From NCBI GenBank assembly GCA_038214955.1, contig JBBQRJ010000001.1:1-39854 (forward strand): a stretch of 39,854 bases of DNA, in the 5' to 3' direction. The notes beneath the pieces are model-generated. The model was given only the letters and a program-made list of their open reading frames with translations. It had not been told where the DNA came from and ran no database searches. The position numbers and the translations under genes were made by a program. The DNA is from Aggregatilineales bacterium (GTDB lineage: Bacteria; Chloroflexota; Anaerolineae; Aggregatilineales; Phototrophicaceae). Below, piece after piece: positions 19,312 through 29,184 of the stretch; positions within the stretch are counted from its first letter, which is position 1; every line of letters starts with the position of its first letter.

Positions 19312-20085
19312 TCAGCGCACAAATGTGTGCGTAGTATGGTATTCGTAGCGATCCGCTCGATATTGGCTATACGTATATTCGATGATGTCCTGATCCTCTA
19401 GGTACGCGGTTGTTTTGACGATGAGTAAAGGGTCCCCCAATGGAACACGCAGCAATTCAGAAGCGATTCTGTCCGCGTTGATAGCGCTGACCGCATGTGA
19501 AATCTGATTGATATGCAGTTTGTAAGTGTTGGACAAGACACCATAAAGCGAGTGATTGTTGAAATCGAAGGTTTGCAGGTCAGGACAACGTTCGGTGATG
19601 ATGGTCGTAGACTGCATCCCAATTGGGAAGTCGTCACCTAAGCGCAAGCGCACAAGATGAAAATAGGGAGCGCCTCGTTTGAGTTGCAGTGGCAGTGGTG
19701 ACGTTTCATCAATGATCCCGAAGGACGTTCGCAGCACCTCCGACCTAGCTTGCATCCCCATATCTGCCATTTGTTGTGTGAAGCTGCGATCCAGGTAGAA
19801 GCGATTGCGATCAACCTGCGCTTTCACGGTTGTTCCATATCCTGCATGTCGCTCAAGAATCCCATCTGCGACTAAGCGGCTCATCGCCATCCGCATGGTG
19901 TGCCGACCCACGTTATAGCGTTTGGAGAGTTCATTTTCGGGCGGCACGAGATCATTCGGTAGCATCGAACCAGACGTGATCAAAGTTCGCAAGTGCAATT
20001 CCACCTGATGATAGAGCGGGATAGGGCTGTTGGGGTCTACGGGCGTAATCAGAAGCGCATCAATATCAATCTGTCGTGCTGCCAT
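19312..20085 (-). CDS. GntR-family (HutC/UTRA) transcriptional regulator
   Basis: PLYHQV...PPENELSKRYNVGRHTMRMAMSRLVADG HTH plus C-terminal UTRA domain (SLYGVL, YRADRY). Confidence 0.93.
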   Translation of the reverse strand: MAARQIDIDALLITPVDPNSPIPLYHQVELHLRTLITSGSMLPNDLVPPENELSKRYNVGRHTMRMAMSRLVADGILERHAGYGTTVKAQVDRNRFYLDRSFTQQMADMGMQARSEVLRTSFGIIDETSPLPLQLKRGAPYFHLVRLRLGDDFPIGMQSTTIITERCPDLQTFDFNNHSLYGVLSNTYKLHINQISHAVSAINADRIASELLRVPLGDPLLIVKTTAYLEDQDIIEYTYSQYRADRYEYHTTHTFVR

Positions 20086-20111
20086 AACGTCCTTTACTCA
20101 ACATGGTTTGA

Positions 20112-20140
20112 TTGACTATTACACTTCAAGCGTGTATACT
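20112..20140 (+). promoter_or_regulatory. Putative sigma70 promoter of the catabolic operon
   Basis: TTGACT (20112-20117)-N17-TATACT (20135-20140). Confidence 0.6.
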
Positions 20141-20152
20141 CGCAGATTATCC

Positions 20153-20180
20153 TTAAATGTCCGAACATTCGGATATTTAA
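20153..20180. promoter_or_regulatory. Dyad operator, likely the GntR/UTRA binding site
   Basis: TTAAATgTCCGAAcaTTCGGAtATTTAA is a 28-bp near-perfect palindrome in the divergent intergenic region, just downstream of the predicted -10 box. Confidence 0.65.
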
Positions 20181-20434
20181 AACTCTAACACACTCTGGTT
20201 AATAGTACCAATATTGCTTCTGAGGGGCTACTGAATGCACAGAAGTCGTCGCTTTTTATTGTTGCATACAAGAGATATCGTCAGCGAGACTGATACCCGT
20301 AAAGATTTTTTCAGAAGAATTGTTTTATGCACAAAATCACTATGCTCAATACAAGGTTCATGGGGAATATCCTCCTATGAACAGCCCTCCGTCAAAAAGC
20401 CGCTTCATGTGTGGCATAAAGCTAGGAATACCTC

Positions 20435-21742
20435 ATGACCTCGTACCCGTTATTTGATGAAGCGGAGGTCGTCGTTCTCGGTTCTGGATCGGCGGGCTGC
20501 GTCGCGGCGATTGCCGCAGCGCGTCAGGGCGCGGATACGCTTTTGGTCGAGCGTTACGGCTTTCTCGGTGGCACATCGGTGATGGTTCTGGATACGTTTT
20601 ACGGTTTCTATACGCCGGGCGAACACTCGTTGCGCGTTGTGGGCGGGATTCCGTGGGAAGTCGTTGATCGCTTGCGAACATTCGATTCGATTTTGGAACG
20701 CCCGAACACCTACGGTGCGGGGACAGGGGTCACCTATAATCCGCCCATGCTCGAAGTTTTATGGGAACAATTCGCTCTAGAGTCAGGGGTGCGCCTACGT
20801 TTTCATACGTTTTGCGCTGGGGTCGAACGCGACGGTGAGCGCGTCACTGGCTTGATCGTCGCGGGTAAAAGCGGACTCGGCGTGATTCGCGGGCGTGTGT
20901 TCGTTGATGCATCGGGCGATGCAGATTTGTGTCATTGGGCAAATGTGCCTTACGAATCGGCGCATGTGTCCGGTCAAGCGCAGTCGCTGACGACAACATT
21001 TCGTTTGGGCAGCGTGAATATGGAACAGGCGCTTAAGGTCAAACGTGCCGATCTCGAACGTGAGATGAAAGAGGCAAACGTGAGCGGTGATTATCGCCTT
21101 CCGCGTGAGGAAGGCAGCGTCCACAAGACGACGATCGCCGGCGTGGTAGCTACGAACATGACGCGGGTCGCCAATGTTGATGCGCTTGATCCGCAGGCGC
21201 TCACGAAAGCGGAGATCGAAGGGCGTAAACAGGCAATGGAGTATACGCGCTTTTTGCGTGAGCGGATTCCCGGCTACGAGAACGCCTTCCTGATGAATTT
21301 CAGCACCCAGATCGGTGTGCGTGAAACCCGGCGCATCTACGGGGAGTATCGCCTGACGCGGGACGATGTCTTGTCAGCGCGTAAGTTCGAGGATGCGATT
21401 GCCCAATGCGGTGCGCCGATTGAGGATCATACAGCGGGCAGCAGCACTCGATGGGAATACGTGCCGAACAGTGATACCTATGACATCCCATTCCGAGCGC
21501 TCGTGCCGCAGACCGTCATCAATGTGGTTGCGGCAGGACGCTGTCTTTCGGCTGACCATGATGCTCATGCGTCGGTGCGAAGCATGGCGCAGTGCATGGC
21601 GATGGGTCAAGCGGCTGGAACAGCAGCAGCGCTGGCATCCAAACAAGATAGCTTGATTCGCAGTGTGACAGCGACTCAATTGCAAGCAAAGCTTAAAGCC
21701 GATGGCGCTCTGTTCGCTGGTGCATTTGAGGCATCGCCATGA
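20435..21742 (+). CDS. FAD-dependent oxidoreductase (FAD_oxidored family)
   Basis: Rossmann motif VVVLGSGSAG, LVER..FLGG, DASGDADL, GVRETRR and YDIPFRALVP...AGRCLS. Confidence 0.85.
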   Translation: MTSYPLFDEAEVVVLGSGSAGCVAAIAAARQGADTLLVERYGFLGGTSVMVLDTFYGFYTPGEHSLRVVGGIPWEVVDRLRTFDSILERPNTYGAGTGVTYNPPMLEVLWEQFALESGVRLRFHTFCAGVERDGERVTGLIVAGKSGLGVIRGRVFVDASGDADLCHWANVPYESAHVSGQAQSLTTTFRLGSVNMEQALKVKRADLEREMKEANVSGDYRLPREEGSVHKTTIAGVVATNMTRVANVDALDPQALTKAEIEGRKQAMEYTRFLRERIPGYENAFLMNFSTQIGVRETRRIYGEYRLTRDDVLSARKFEDAIAQCGAPIEDHTAGSSTRWEYVPNSDTYDIPFRALVPQTVINVVAAGRCLSADHDAHASVRSMAQCMAMGQAAGTAAALASKQDSLIRSVTATQLQAKLKADGALFAGAFEASP

Positions 21743-22701
21743 GTTTTTATGCCGGGATCGACTTGGGCGGCACGAAAATCGCTGCTGGCATTTTTGATAC
21801 AGAAAGCGGCAGGTTGATCGCTCACGATGTAATCCCCACGCACTCGCACGAGGGAATTGACGCTGTAATTAGACGGATGGTCGGAATCGTCCAGACCCTA
21901 ACAGATACAACCCAGGTGCGGTTGGAACGTATCGGCTTGGGTGTCCCCGCTGTCATTGATTATGAACGTGGGATGACGCTGCTCATGCCGAATTTAGCGG
22001 GCGATTGGTTTGAACGCCCCCTCGTTGCGGAAATGCAAGCGGCACTCAATCTGCCCGTCGCGCTGATCAATGATGCGCGGGCGTTCACGCTGGCTGAAGC
22101 GACCCAGGGCGCGGGACGGGGCGGCACGGTGGTCGCTTGTTTCACCATCGGCACGGGGATTGGTGGCGGGATTGCGATCAACGGACGTTTGCATCTGGGC
22201 TTAAAGAACGCGGCAGGCGAGTTCGGTCATCAAACGGTTGAGCCGAATGGTGCAGTGTGTGGGTGCGGCAATCGTGGGTGTTTGGAGACGCTTGCCAGCG
22301 GCTATGCGATCACCGCGCAGGGCGTGGAAGCAATGAAGCACGAGCAAAACGGGCACATTGCATTATTGGCGCAGCACGACCCCAAACGTGTGACGCCAGG
22401 GTTAATCATGCAAGCCGCTGAACGCGGCGACTCAACAGCGCGAGACATTCTCACCCGTGCCGCACAGTATATAGGCGTGGGCATCGCCAACATTTTGACG
22501 ATACTGAGCGCCGACAAGGTGGTTCTCGGCGGCGGTGTCTCGCAGTTGGGACCTTGGCTGTTTGATCCAATTTGGGCGACGGTACGCGAACGCTGCCATA
22601 CGATTCCTCTGGATCAGGTGACGATCACGCAGGCGGCACTAGGACAACACGCGGGCATTATCGGGGCATCACTCTGGGCATCGCAGCAGGGAACTTACTA
22701 G
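21739..22701 (+). CDS. ROK-family sugar kinase
   Basis: GIDLGGT, NDA, GTGIGGG and GEFGH...CGCGNRGCLE zinc motif; no N-terminal HTH. Confidence 0.9.
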   Translation: MSFYAGIDLGGTKIAAGIFDTESGRLIAHDVIPTHSHEGIDAVIRRMVGIVQTLTDTTQVRLERIGLGVPAVIDYERGMTLLMPNLAGDWFERPLVAEMQAALNLPVALINDARAFTLAEATQGAGRGGTVVACFTIGTGIGGGIAINGRLHLGLKNAAGEFGHQTVEPNGAVCGCGNRGCLETLASGYAITAQGVEAMKHEQNGHIALLAQHDPKRVTPGLIMQAAERGDSTARDILTRAAQYIGVGIANILTILSADKVVLGGGVSQLGPWLFDPIWATVRERCHTIPLDQVTITQAALGQHAGIIGASLWASQQGTY

Positions 22702-22714
22702 AGAAGGATACACA

Positions 22715-23509
22715 ATGACGGTTCATACAGAACCCGGTTTCGCATTCATTGATGGAGCGCTGGCGATTGTGCAGCGCATCCGCGATACACAAATGGAAAA
22801 TTTGGTAGCCGCTGCACAAATCTGTGCGGATTCGATTGCGGCGGGCGGTTTGGTGCATTTGTTCGGCACAGGACATTCTCGCATTCCCGTCGAAGAAATG
22901 TTCCCGCGTCACGGCAGTTTTCCCGGTTTTCATCCGATTGTTGAGTTGTCGCTCACGAATCACACTCAAGTCGTCGGGGCGAATGGTCAACGACAGGCGA
23001 TGTATTTGGAGCGCGTCGAAGGCTTTGGCGAAATCATCCTGCGTAATTTCGTATTCGGCACACACGATAGTTTCATGGTGTTCTCGAACGGTGGGGTGAA
23101 TGGTGTGGTGATTGATGTCGCGCTGGGCGCAAAACAGCGCGGGATGCCCGTGATTGGTGTCCTGTCAGTGGATCATTGTAAAGCATCAGGGGTGAAACAC
23201 AGTTCCGGTAAGACGCTCATGGACATTGCCGATGTAATCCTCGATAACGGCTCTGCGATTGGGGATGCGTTCGTCAAGATTGAGAACCTGCCTTACCCCG
23301 TTGCACCGGGATCAACGGTGGGTTACGCCGTGCTGGTCAATGCGCTCAAGGCGATGATCGCCGATGAATTGACGCGGCGTGGGCAGCCACCTCTGGTGTT
23401 GACCAGCAGCGCCTTGATCGGCAGCAAAGAGTCGGCGGAACTCTTCGACAAGACCTATGATGATTATCGAGCGCGGGTGGCACAGGTCTATGACACGTCT
23501 CGCAAATAA
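22715..23509 (+). CDS. SIS-domain sugar-phosphate isomerase-like protein
   Basis: LVHLFGTGHS, FSNGGVN, ADVILDN and APGST motifs; GAAAGGA RBS. Confidence 0.8.
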   Translation: MTVHTEPGFAFIDGALAIVQRIRDTQMENLVAAAQICADSIAAGGLVHLFGTGHSRIPVEEMFPRHGSFPGFHPIVELSLTNHTQVVGANGQRQAMYLERVEGFGEIILRNFVFGTHDSFMVFSNGGVNGVVIDVALGAKQRGMPVIGVLSVDHCKASGVKHSSGKTLMDIADVILDNGSAIGDAFVKIENLPYPVAPGSTVGYAVLVNALKAMIADELTRRGQPPLVLTSSALIGSKESAELFDKTYDDYRARVAQVYDTSRK

Positions 23510-24263
23510 AACCCTACTTATCACCGGGGCAGCAAGTGGAATCGGGCGTGCAACAGCGATTCACTTTACTCAGGAAGGCGCGAAAGTCCTGCTTTTGGAT
23601 CGCAACGCCGACGGCTTAGAGGAGGTAGGGTCGCTCATTCAAAGAGCAGGCGGGGAAAGCCATCTGTTTCAGGTGGATTTGACCGACGCGGCAGCAGTAG
23701 AGTCGGTATTGCATGACGCTGTCAACGTTTGGGGTGGACTGAATGGGGTCTTCAACGCGGCAGGCGGGAGTGGTCGCCGTTTCGGTGATGGACCGGTAGA
23801 TGCTTGCACGATTGAGGGGTGGGATAAGACCTTCGCACTCAACCTCAACAGCATGTTTTACGTGTGCAAATTCGCCCTGCCGTCTTTGCTCGAAAGTCGG
23901 GGAGCAGTCGTCAACGTGGCATCGGTGTTGGGCATGGTCGGAGGGGATGAAGATTTCGCCACCCATGCCTATGCTGCCAGCAAAGGCGCGATCATTAGTA
24001 TGTCGCGGGCGATGGCATCCTACTATGCCCCGCACGGCGTTCGCGTCAACGTGATTGCGCCCGGATTGATCGCCACGCCCATGAGTCAGCGGGCGCAAAC
24101 TGACGACCACATCCTCAGCCGCCTCTCCCAGCTTCAACCCCTGACGGGCGCTATGGGACAACCGGAAGACATCGCCACCGCCGCCGCTTATTTGATCTCT
24201 GATGAGGCTCGGTTTGTGACCGGAGCAGTTTTAACTGTTGATGGAGGGTGGACAGTCCGATGA
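23490..24263 (+). CDS. Short-chain dehydrogenase/reductase
   Basis: TGAASGIG, YAASK catalytic motif, VRVNVIAPG and VDGGW. Start placed at MTRLANK. Confidence 0.9.
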   Translation: MTRLANKTLLITGAASGIGRATAIHFTQEGAKVLLLDRNADGLEEVGSLIQRAGGESHLFQVDLTDAAAVESVLHDAVNVWGGLNGVFNAAGGSGRRFGDGPVDACTIEGWDKTFALNLNSMFYVCKFALPSLLESRGAVVNVASVLGMVGGDEDFATHAYAASKGAIISMSRAMASYYAPHGVRVNVIAPGLIATPMSQRAQTDDHILSRLSQLQPLTGAMGQPEDIATAAAYLISDEARFVTGAVLTVDGGWTVR

Positions 24264-25174
24264 TTCGTACCGTTACAGGCGACATTATGCCCGAACAACT
24301 TGGCATCACCTATCCCCATGAGCATCTCTTGACGCTTCCGCCAGCCAGCGTCAAAGATCGAGATCTTGAAATGTCGGATGAAGCGGTCATGCTGCAAGAA
24401 CTCAAGCACTTTTACACGGCAGGCGGACGTTCTATTGTCGAAATGACACCGCGTGATTATGGTCGTATGCCCGACGGGTTGCGCCGCCTGTCCCAACAGA
24501 GCGGTGTGCAGATTATCTGCATTACGGGTTGGATCAAACAAGCATCGTATACACGCTGGTCAGACGGACGAACCATCCACGAAATTGCAGACGAGATGAT
24601 CCGCGAAGTCATGGATGGAATCGGCGGGATAGGCATTCGCGCCGGAGTGATCAAAGCGGGGTCAAGCCTCAACATGATCACGGTGGAAGAAGAAAAGGTT
24701 TTTCGAGCGGCGGCTATTGCACATCATCAGACGGGGGCATTAATTTCCACGCATACCGAAGCTGGAACGATGGGCATAGAACAGGTCGAATTGCTGCGTT
24801 CCGAAGGTGTCTCCCCAGATCGCATCTTGATTGGTCATACGGATCGCAATCTGGATTGGGACATGCATCTCAAACTGGCGAATACGGGCGTAACACTGGG
24901 TTACGATCAGATTGCAAAAGAAAAATATTTCTCCGACAGCCAGCGCGTCGTTTTTATCAAGCGATTGATTGAGGCTGGGTTCGGCAAGCAGATCATCTTG
25001 TCAGGCGATCTGGCTCGCAAATCGTATTTCCCGAATTACAGCAGTTGGGGCGGTCCCGGCTTCACTTACGTCTTATGGCGTTTTGTCCCATGGTTGTACA
25101 GTGAAGGCGTAGACGCAGCAGCCATTGACGACCTATTGATCCACACGCCCGCACGGTTGCTCAATTTGAAGTAG
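24260..25174 (+). CDS. Phosphotriesterase-family metallo-hydrolase (lactonase/deacetylase-like)
   Basis: MIRTVTGDI, HEHL, VIKAG, STHT, IGHTD and SGD metal ligands; ATGA overlap with the SDR. Confidence 0.88.
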   Translation: MIRTVTGDIMPEQLGITYPHEHLLTLPPASVKDRDLEMSDEAVMLQELKHFYTAGGRSIVEMTPRDYGRMPDGLRRLSQQSGVQIICITGWIKQASYTRWSDGRTIHEIADEMIREVMDGIGGIGIRAGVIKAGSSLNMITVEEEKVFRAAAIAHHQTGALISTHTEAGTMGIEQVELLRSEGVSPDRILIGHTDRNLDWDMHLKLANTGVTLGYDQIAKEKYFSDSQRVVFIKRLIEAGFGKQIILSGDLARKSYFPNYSSWGGPGFTYVLWRFVPWLYSEGVDAAAIDDLLIHTPARLLNLK

Positions 25175-25249
25175 GGTGAAATACATGAACAGCGCTGTGA
25201 CACTCATGGAAATACAAAGAGACAACCTCATATTTTGAAAGGCACGATA

Positions 25250-27259
25250 ATGTATTTTGGTGTTGATTATTATCCAGAACATTGGCCCGAATCACGCTGG
25301 GAAACAGATGCCCAGATGATGCAGGATGCTGGCATTAACCTTGTTCGCCTAGCAGAATTTGCTTGGTCGAAAATGGAACCTGAAGAGGGTGTGTTTGATT
25401 TTTCATGGCTTGATCGCGCTATGAGCGTGCTGGCGAAGGTAGGTATCAAGATTGTTCTCAGCACACCTTCGGCTGCGCCGCCGCCTTGGTTATGGGCAAA
25501 AATTCCCGATATTGCATTAGTTGATGAGCGCGGGAGAACACGCACCTATGGCAGCCGCCGTGAATACAGCCCCACCAACGTAGCCTACCGTGAGCACGCG
25601 GTGCGTATAGCACAACAAATGGGACTACACTATGCGGGAAACACGCAGGTGGTGGGCTGGCAAATCGACAACGAATTTGGGGAGCGTTGTTATGCACCTG
25701 GCACCCGACTCGAATTTCAGCGTTGGCTGAAACAGCGCTATGGGTCGCTGGAGGCTCTCAATGCGTGTTGGGGAACATGCTTCTGGAGTCAAATCTATAC
25801 GGATTGGTCTCAGGTCCCCGTTCCTGTTCAGCTCATTCATGGACAGCACAACCCAAGCCTACAGCTCGATTTCTCGCGGTTTATATCGGATGTGTATGTC
25901 GAGTTTCAACAGCTTCAGGTAGATGCTCTGCGGGAAATCTGCCCGCCTGAGCAGTTCATCACCCATAACTTGATGGGATTTGGCTACCCCACACTCAATT
26001 ATTTTGATCTCGCCAGAACACTCGATCTGGTGACGTGGGACAACTATCCAAGCGGCTTCTGGGTCAAGACTCCAGAGATTGTACCTGCCCCTCTTGCTCT
26101 GGGCAGTGCCACAATGCGCGGCTTAAAGAAGAAAAACTTCTGGGTGATGGAACAGCAGAGTGGACAGGGCGCATGGGATATTTTGCCGCCTCTCACTCGT
26201 CCGGGGGAAATTGCGCTGTGGGCGTATCAAGCCATCGCGCATGGCGCAGATGCCATTGTATTTTTTCGCTGGCGTACCTGCCGCTTTGGAACAGAACAAT
26301 TCTGGCATGGCATTCTCGATCATGATGGACAGGGTCGCCGCCGCTATACGGAAGTCAAACAGATGGGGCAAGACATCGCCCGCATCGGCGATTTGATTGC
26401 AGGCAGCGAGGTGCGTGCTAGGACAGCCATTATGCTCTCATACGACTCGCGTTTTGCGTTTCAGTTCCAGAAAAACAACCCCGACTTCCTCTATGAACAG
26501 CATCTGACCGATTATTTTAGCGCACTCCACAGCGCCAATATTCCGGTTGACATCGTCTCCTCGCAAGATGACCTGACGAGTTGCGATTTCCTGATTGTTC
26601 CAGCACTCTACATCACAGAAAGCGAAACAGTCAAACATCTTGAAGCCTTTGTTGAACGCGGCGGCACACTCATCATGACAGCCCGCTCAGGAGTAAAAGA
26701 TCACACGAATATCGTTGTTGATCTGCCTCTGCCCGGTCTGCTAGCTCCCCTCTGTGGGGTCGAAGTGCAGGAGTACGACTCGCTGTTGACGGGTCAGAGT
26801 CGGGCGCTCAGATGTGTCACGTCTGAGATCGCTCAAGCTGGCAATGCAACCGTCTGGTGTGACATTCTAAAGCTCATCACCGCCAAGGTTCTGATACAGT
26901 ACGACGAAGACTTTTATTCAGGGCAACCGGTCGTGACGCTCAACAAAGTAGGCGCGGGGCATGTCATTTACGTCGGGACAATGGGAGATGAGTCCTTCAT
27001 TAAATCTATTGTCACTTATGGGGCTAATTTAGCGGGCATTACCGGACTCATGGAAACGCCCCCTAGTGTGGAAGTGATGGCTCGCTGGCAAGGAGAGACG
27101 CGCCTACTGTTTGTCTTGAACCATGCGAATACCGCACAGCAGATTACCCTTGAAGCTGACTTGATTGATCTCGTTTCGCAGCAGACACAAAGCGGACACG
27201 TCACTCTGCAACCCAAACAGGTCATGATTCTAAGCGATATAACAGGCAAGGTGTCTTAA
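25250..27259 (+). CDS. GH42 beta-galactosidase
   Basis: GVDYYPEHW, acid/base WQIDNE, THNLMG, nucleophile WVMEQQ, FFRWR and EQFWHG; C-terminal trimerisation domain. Confidence 0.92.
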   Translation: MYFGVDYYPEHWPESRWETDAQMMQDAGINLVRLAEFAWSKMEPEEGVFDFSWLDRAMSVLAKVGIKIVLSTPSAAPPPWLWAKIPDIALVDERGRTRTYGSRREYSPTNVAYREHAVRIAQQMGLHYAGNTQVVGWQIDNEFGERCYAPGTRLEFQRWLKQRYGSLEALNACWGTCFWSQIYTDWSQVPVPVQLIHGQHNPSLQLDFSRFISDVYVEFQQLQVDALREICPPEQFITHNLMGFGYPTLNYFDLARTLDLVTWDNYPSGFWVKTPEIVPAPLALGSATMRGLKKKNFWVMEQQSGQGAWDILPPLTRPGEIALWAYQAIAHGADAIVFFRWRTCRFGTEQFWHGILDHDGQGRRRYTEVKQMGQDIARIGDLIAGSEVRARTAIMLSYDSRFAFQFQKNNPDFLYEQHLTDYFSALHSANIPVDIVSSQDDLTSCDFLIVPALYITESETVKHLEAFVERGGTLIMTARSGVKDHTNIVVDLPLPGLLAPLCGVEVQEYDSLLTGQSRALRCVTSEIAQAGNATVWCDILKLITAKVLIQYDEDFYSGQPVVTLNKVGAGHVIYVGTMGDESFIKSIVTYGANLAGITGLMETPPSVEVMARWQGETRLLFVLNHANTAQQITLEADLIDLVSQQTQSGHVTLQPKQVMILSDITGKVS

Positions 27260-27264
27260 AGAAA

Positions 27265-27755
27265 CCGTAGTGTCCGAAAAAGGGATTCGGACGGGTTAAT
27301 CTACTTCACGGTAGTAATCGTGGATGAGACCGCCTAAAACATCACGACATCGAACGATCCCTTCGCGTTCACAATTGGGTAGTTCGTCAGGACAGCGTTG
27401 TTCAATCCCTTGATGAGGTCGACGTTGATTGTAGAAGGCGACGTACTCGTCTAATACCTGTTGTAAGTGGGGTTGGCTGAAAATCAAAACAGGATCGAGA
27501 TATTCTTCCCGAATGGTTCGCACCCAGCGCTCGGCAACAGCGTTGGCATTCTGCGTTCGATAAGGGATACGCAGCACTGTTATCGCTTCGGACATCAAGA
27601 CGGTATCGAAAGAATGCGTGAACTTGGTATCCCGGTCATGGATGAGCGCTTTCGATTTGACCTAGAACGATTCGAGCTGCCAGAGCAGATTGCGCGACTG
27701 CTGTGTGACCCAAGCACTGGTCGGATGGGCTGTCGCCTGCGCGAGCAAGAAGCGC
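27265..27755 (-). pseudogene. Integrase-core (rve) IS transposase remnant with right end
   Basis: Minus strand: TAHPTSAWVTQQSRNLLWQLESF*VKSKALIHDRDTKF...PYRTQNANAVAERWVRTIREEYLD...RPHQGI...VLGGLIHDYYREVD*, with an internal stop at 27662-27664. End motif ccgtagtgtccgaaaa at 27265. Confidence 0.8.
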
Positions 27756-27804
27756 CGGGCATATGACCGGGCGCTTTTTGATTCTCTGCGGACGCGGAAA
27801 TTTA

Positions 27805-27830
27805 CTGTAGTAGCCGAAAACTCTATCCAA
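27805..27830 (-). repeat. Second IS end motif
   Basis: ctgtagtagccgaaaact resembles ccgtagtgtccgaaaaa at 27265. Confidence 0.45.
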
Positions 27831-27862
27831 GGGGAACTTTAGTTTTAGATGACAATTTCGGC

Positions 27863-28909
27863 TTAGCCCGGTTTTTCGTCGTACACGTACACACGTGTGT
27901 CCTGGATAATCCAATTGTCCCACAGCCACTTGGCATCGCTGACGCTGAGGTTCACACAACCGTGTGACCAGTAGTAGCCGAAGTTGTCGTGCCAATAGAC
28001 GCCATGGAGCGCCTCTCGCCAGTTGAAATACATGTGGTACGGCACTTGATCCAGCCCATAGAAATTATCACTACCCGCCACGCCTTCCATCGGTCCTACT
28101 TCCCAGAACAGCTCGACCTGCCAGTCACCGTGATCGGTGCGCCACCGTTCCTCATCCATATCGCCGGTTGAGACCAGCGTTGCCATCACAGGACGCTCGC
28201 CCTCGTAGGCGACGAGGTTCTGCTCGTAGGTGCTTACACCGACCCAACGCCAGTTGAAAACGGCGGGTGAGGTAGTGTGCACTATGCTGAGATTGGTTTG
28301 CACGGTCCACTGTCCCGGTCCGACGAGATGCCAGTCCCACTCATCGACAGTGACAGTGGCATAGATGTTCATCAGGTCATAGCGGCGGAACGATCCTGAT
28401 TGCTGACAGTTGCGCGGACCACCGGGCGTGAGCGACGTGCAGTGATCGTAGATCGCCCACGCGAAGGGCATGTCCATGCGATTGATGGTCACGCCGGTAA
28501 AGGTTGAGGGGGAGGCAAAGTGTGCGTTTTCAAGCGACGCCCAACGACCGGGTCGAATCTCCGCCCAATCGCTGGAGGTCTGGATCACGTTGACGTAGGT
28601 GCTGCGTCCAGCGGGAAGGATGTCGATCATTTCGCCGTCGGGCGCGTCGTAGAGTGTCACCTCGTCGTTGTCGAAATAGATAAAGTCCTGCCCCGCGATC
28701 ACACCGAGATCATAGGGGATTGGCACTACGTCGGGATAGGGTTGGGCTACTATAGTGGAGTCACACTCCGGCGTCTGCGGGGCAGCGTAGGTGATGCCTG
28801 CACAGTTAGGATGTCCGGGGACAACCTCCGGAGTGGCACGAATCGGCGCGACGCCGCTTAGAGCGATAAACAGGATGGCGAACATGACAAGGCTGCGGAT
28901 GTTGAACAC
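27863..28909 (-). CDS. Secreted L,D-transpeptidase (YkuD family)
   Basis: N-terminal signal peptide; C-terminal VSTG, ALHGVYWH...SHGCVNLS catalytic His/Cys motif. Confidence 0.88.
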   Translation of the reverse strand: MFNIRSLVMFAILFIALSGVAPIRATPEVVPGHPNCAGITYAAPQTPECDSTIVAQPYPDVVPIPYDLGVIAGQDFIYFDNDEVTLYDAPDGEMIDILPAGRSTYVNVIQTSSDWAEIRPGRWASLENAHFASPSTFTGVTINRMDMPFAWAIYDHCTSLTPGGPRNCQQSGSFRRYDLMNIYATVTVDEWDWHLVGPGQWTVQTNLSIVHTTSPAVFNWRWVGVSTYEQNLVAYEGERPVMATLVSTGDMDEERWRTDHGDWQVELFWEVGPMEGVAGSDNFYGLDQVPYHMYFNWREALHGVYWHDNFGYYWSHGCVNLSVSDAKWLWDNWIIQDTRVYVYDEKPG

Positions 28910-29126
28910 GCCAACTCCGTCGTGATTCGAACATTATGTACCATCATACCGTAAATCTGCTTGTGAAAGCTAAGAATCCCGTGACTTCTGGAACTGGTAC
29001 TCTAACCGGAAGTGTGATTCAGCCGATCACCGTGCGCTGTTCTTCATTGAGAAGCAGAGCGCGTCACCGTTGAAAACATCCAAATGGCAGGTTACTTTAT
29101 AACGATGTTGCCGCCGCTCCTGATTG

Positions 29127-29153
29127 CCATCTCCCACGCAAGCGGGGAGATGG
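29127..29153. repeat. GC-rich palindrome (REP-like or terminator) downstream of the phn operon
   Basis: ccatctccc-acgcaagcg-gggagatgg forms a 9-bp perfect stem. Confidence 0.5.
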
Positions 29154-29184
29154 GAGAAAAGCTAAATACCGCTGTGGTGAGGTA

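Noticed and set aside
20235-20438. 67-aa ORF upstream of the FAD oxidoreductase
   Set aside because: It has no recognisable motif and starts within an IS-end-like sequence; it cannot be supported as a gene.
27271-27292. gtccgaa...ttcggac hairpin resembling the GntR operator core
   Set aside because: It lies in an IS terminus at the end of the operon with different spacing; the similarity is probably coincidental.
27467-27766. 99-aa plus-strand ORF
   Set aside because: It is the antisense frame of the rve transposase remnant.
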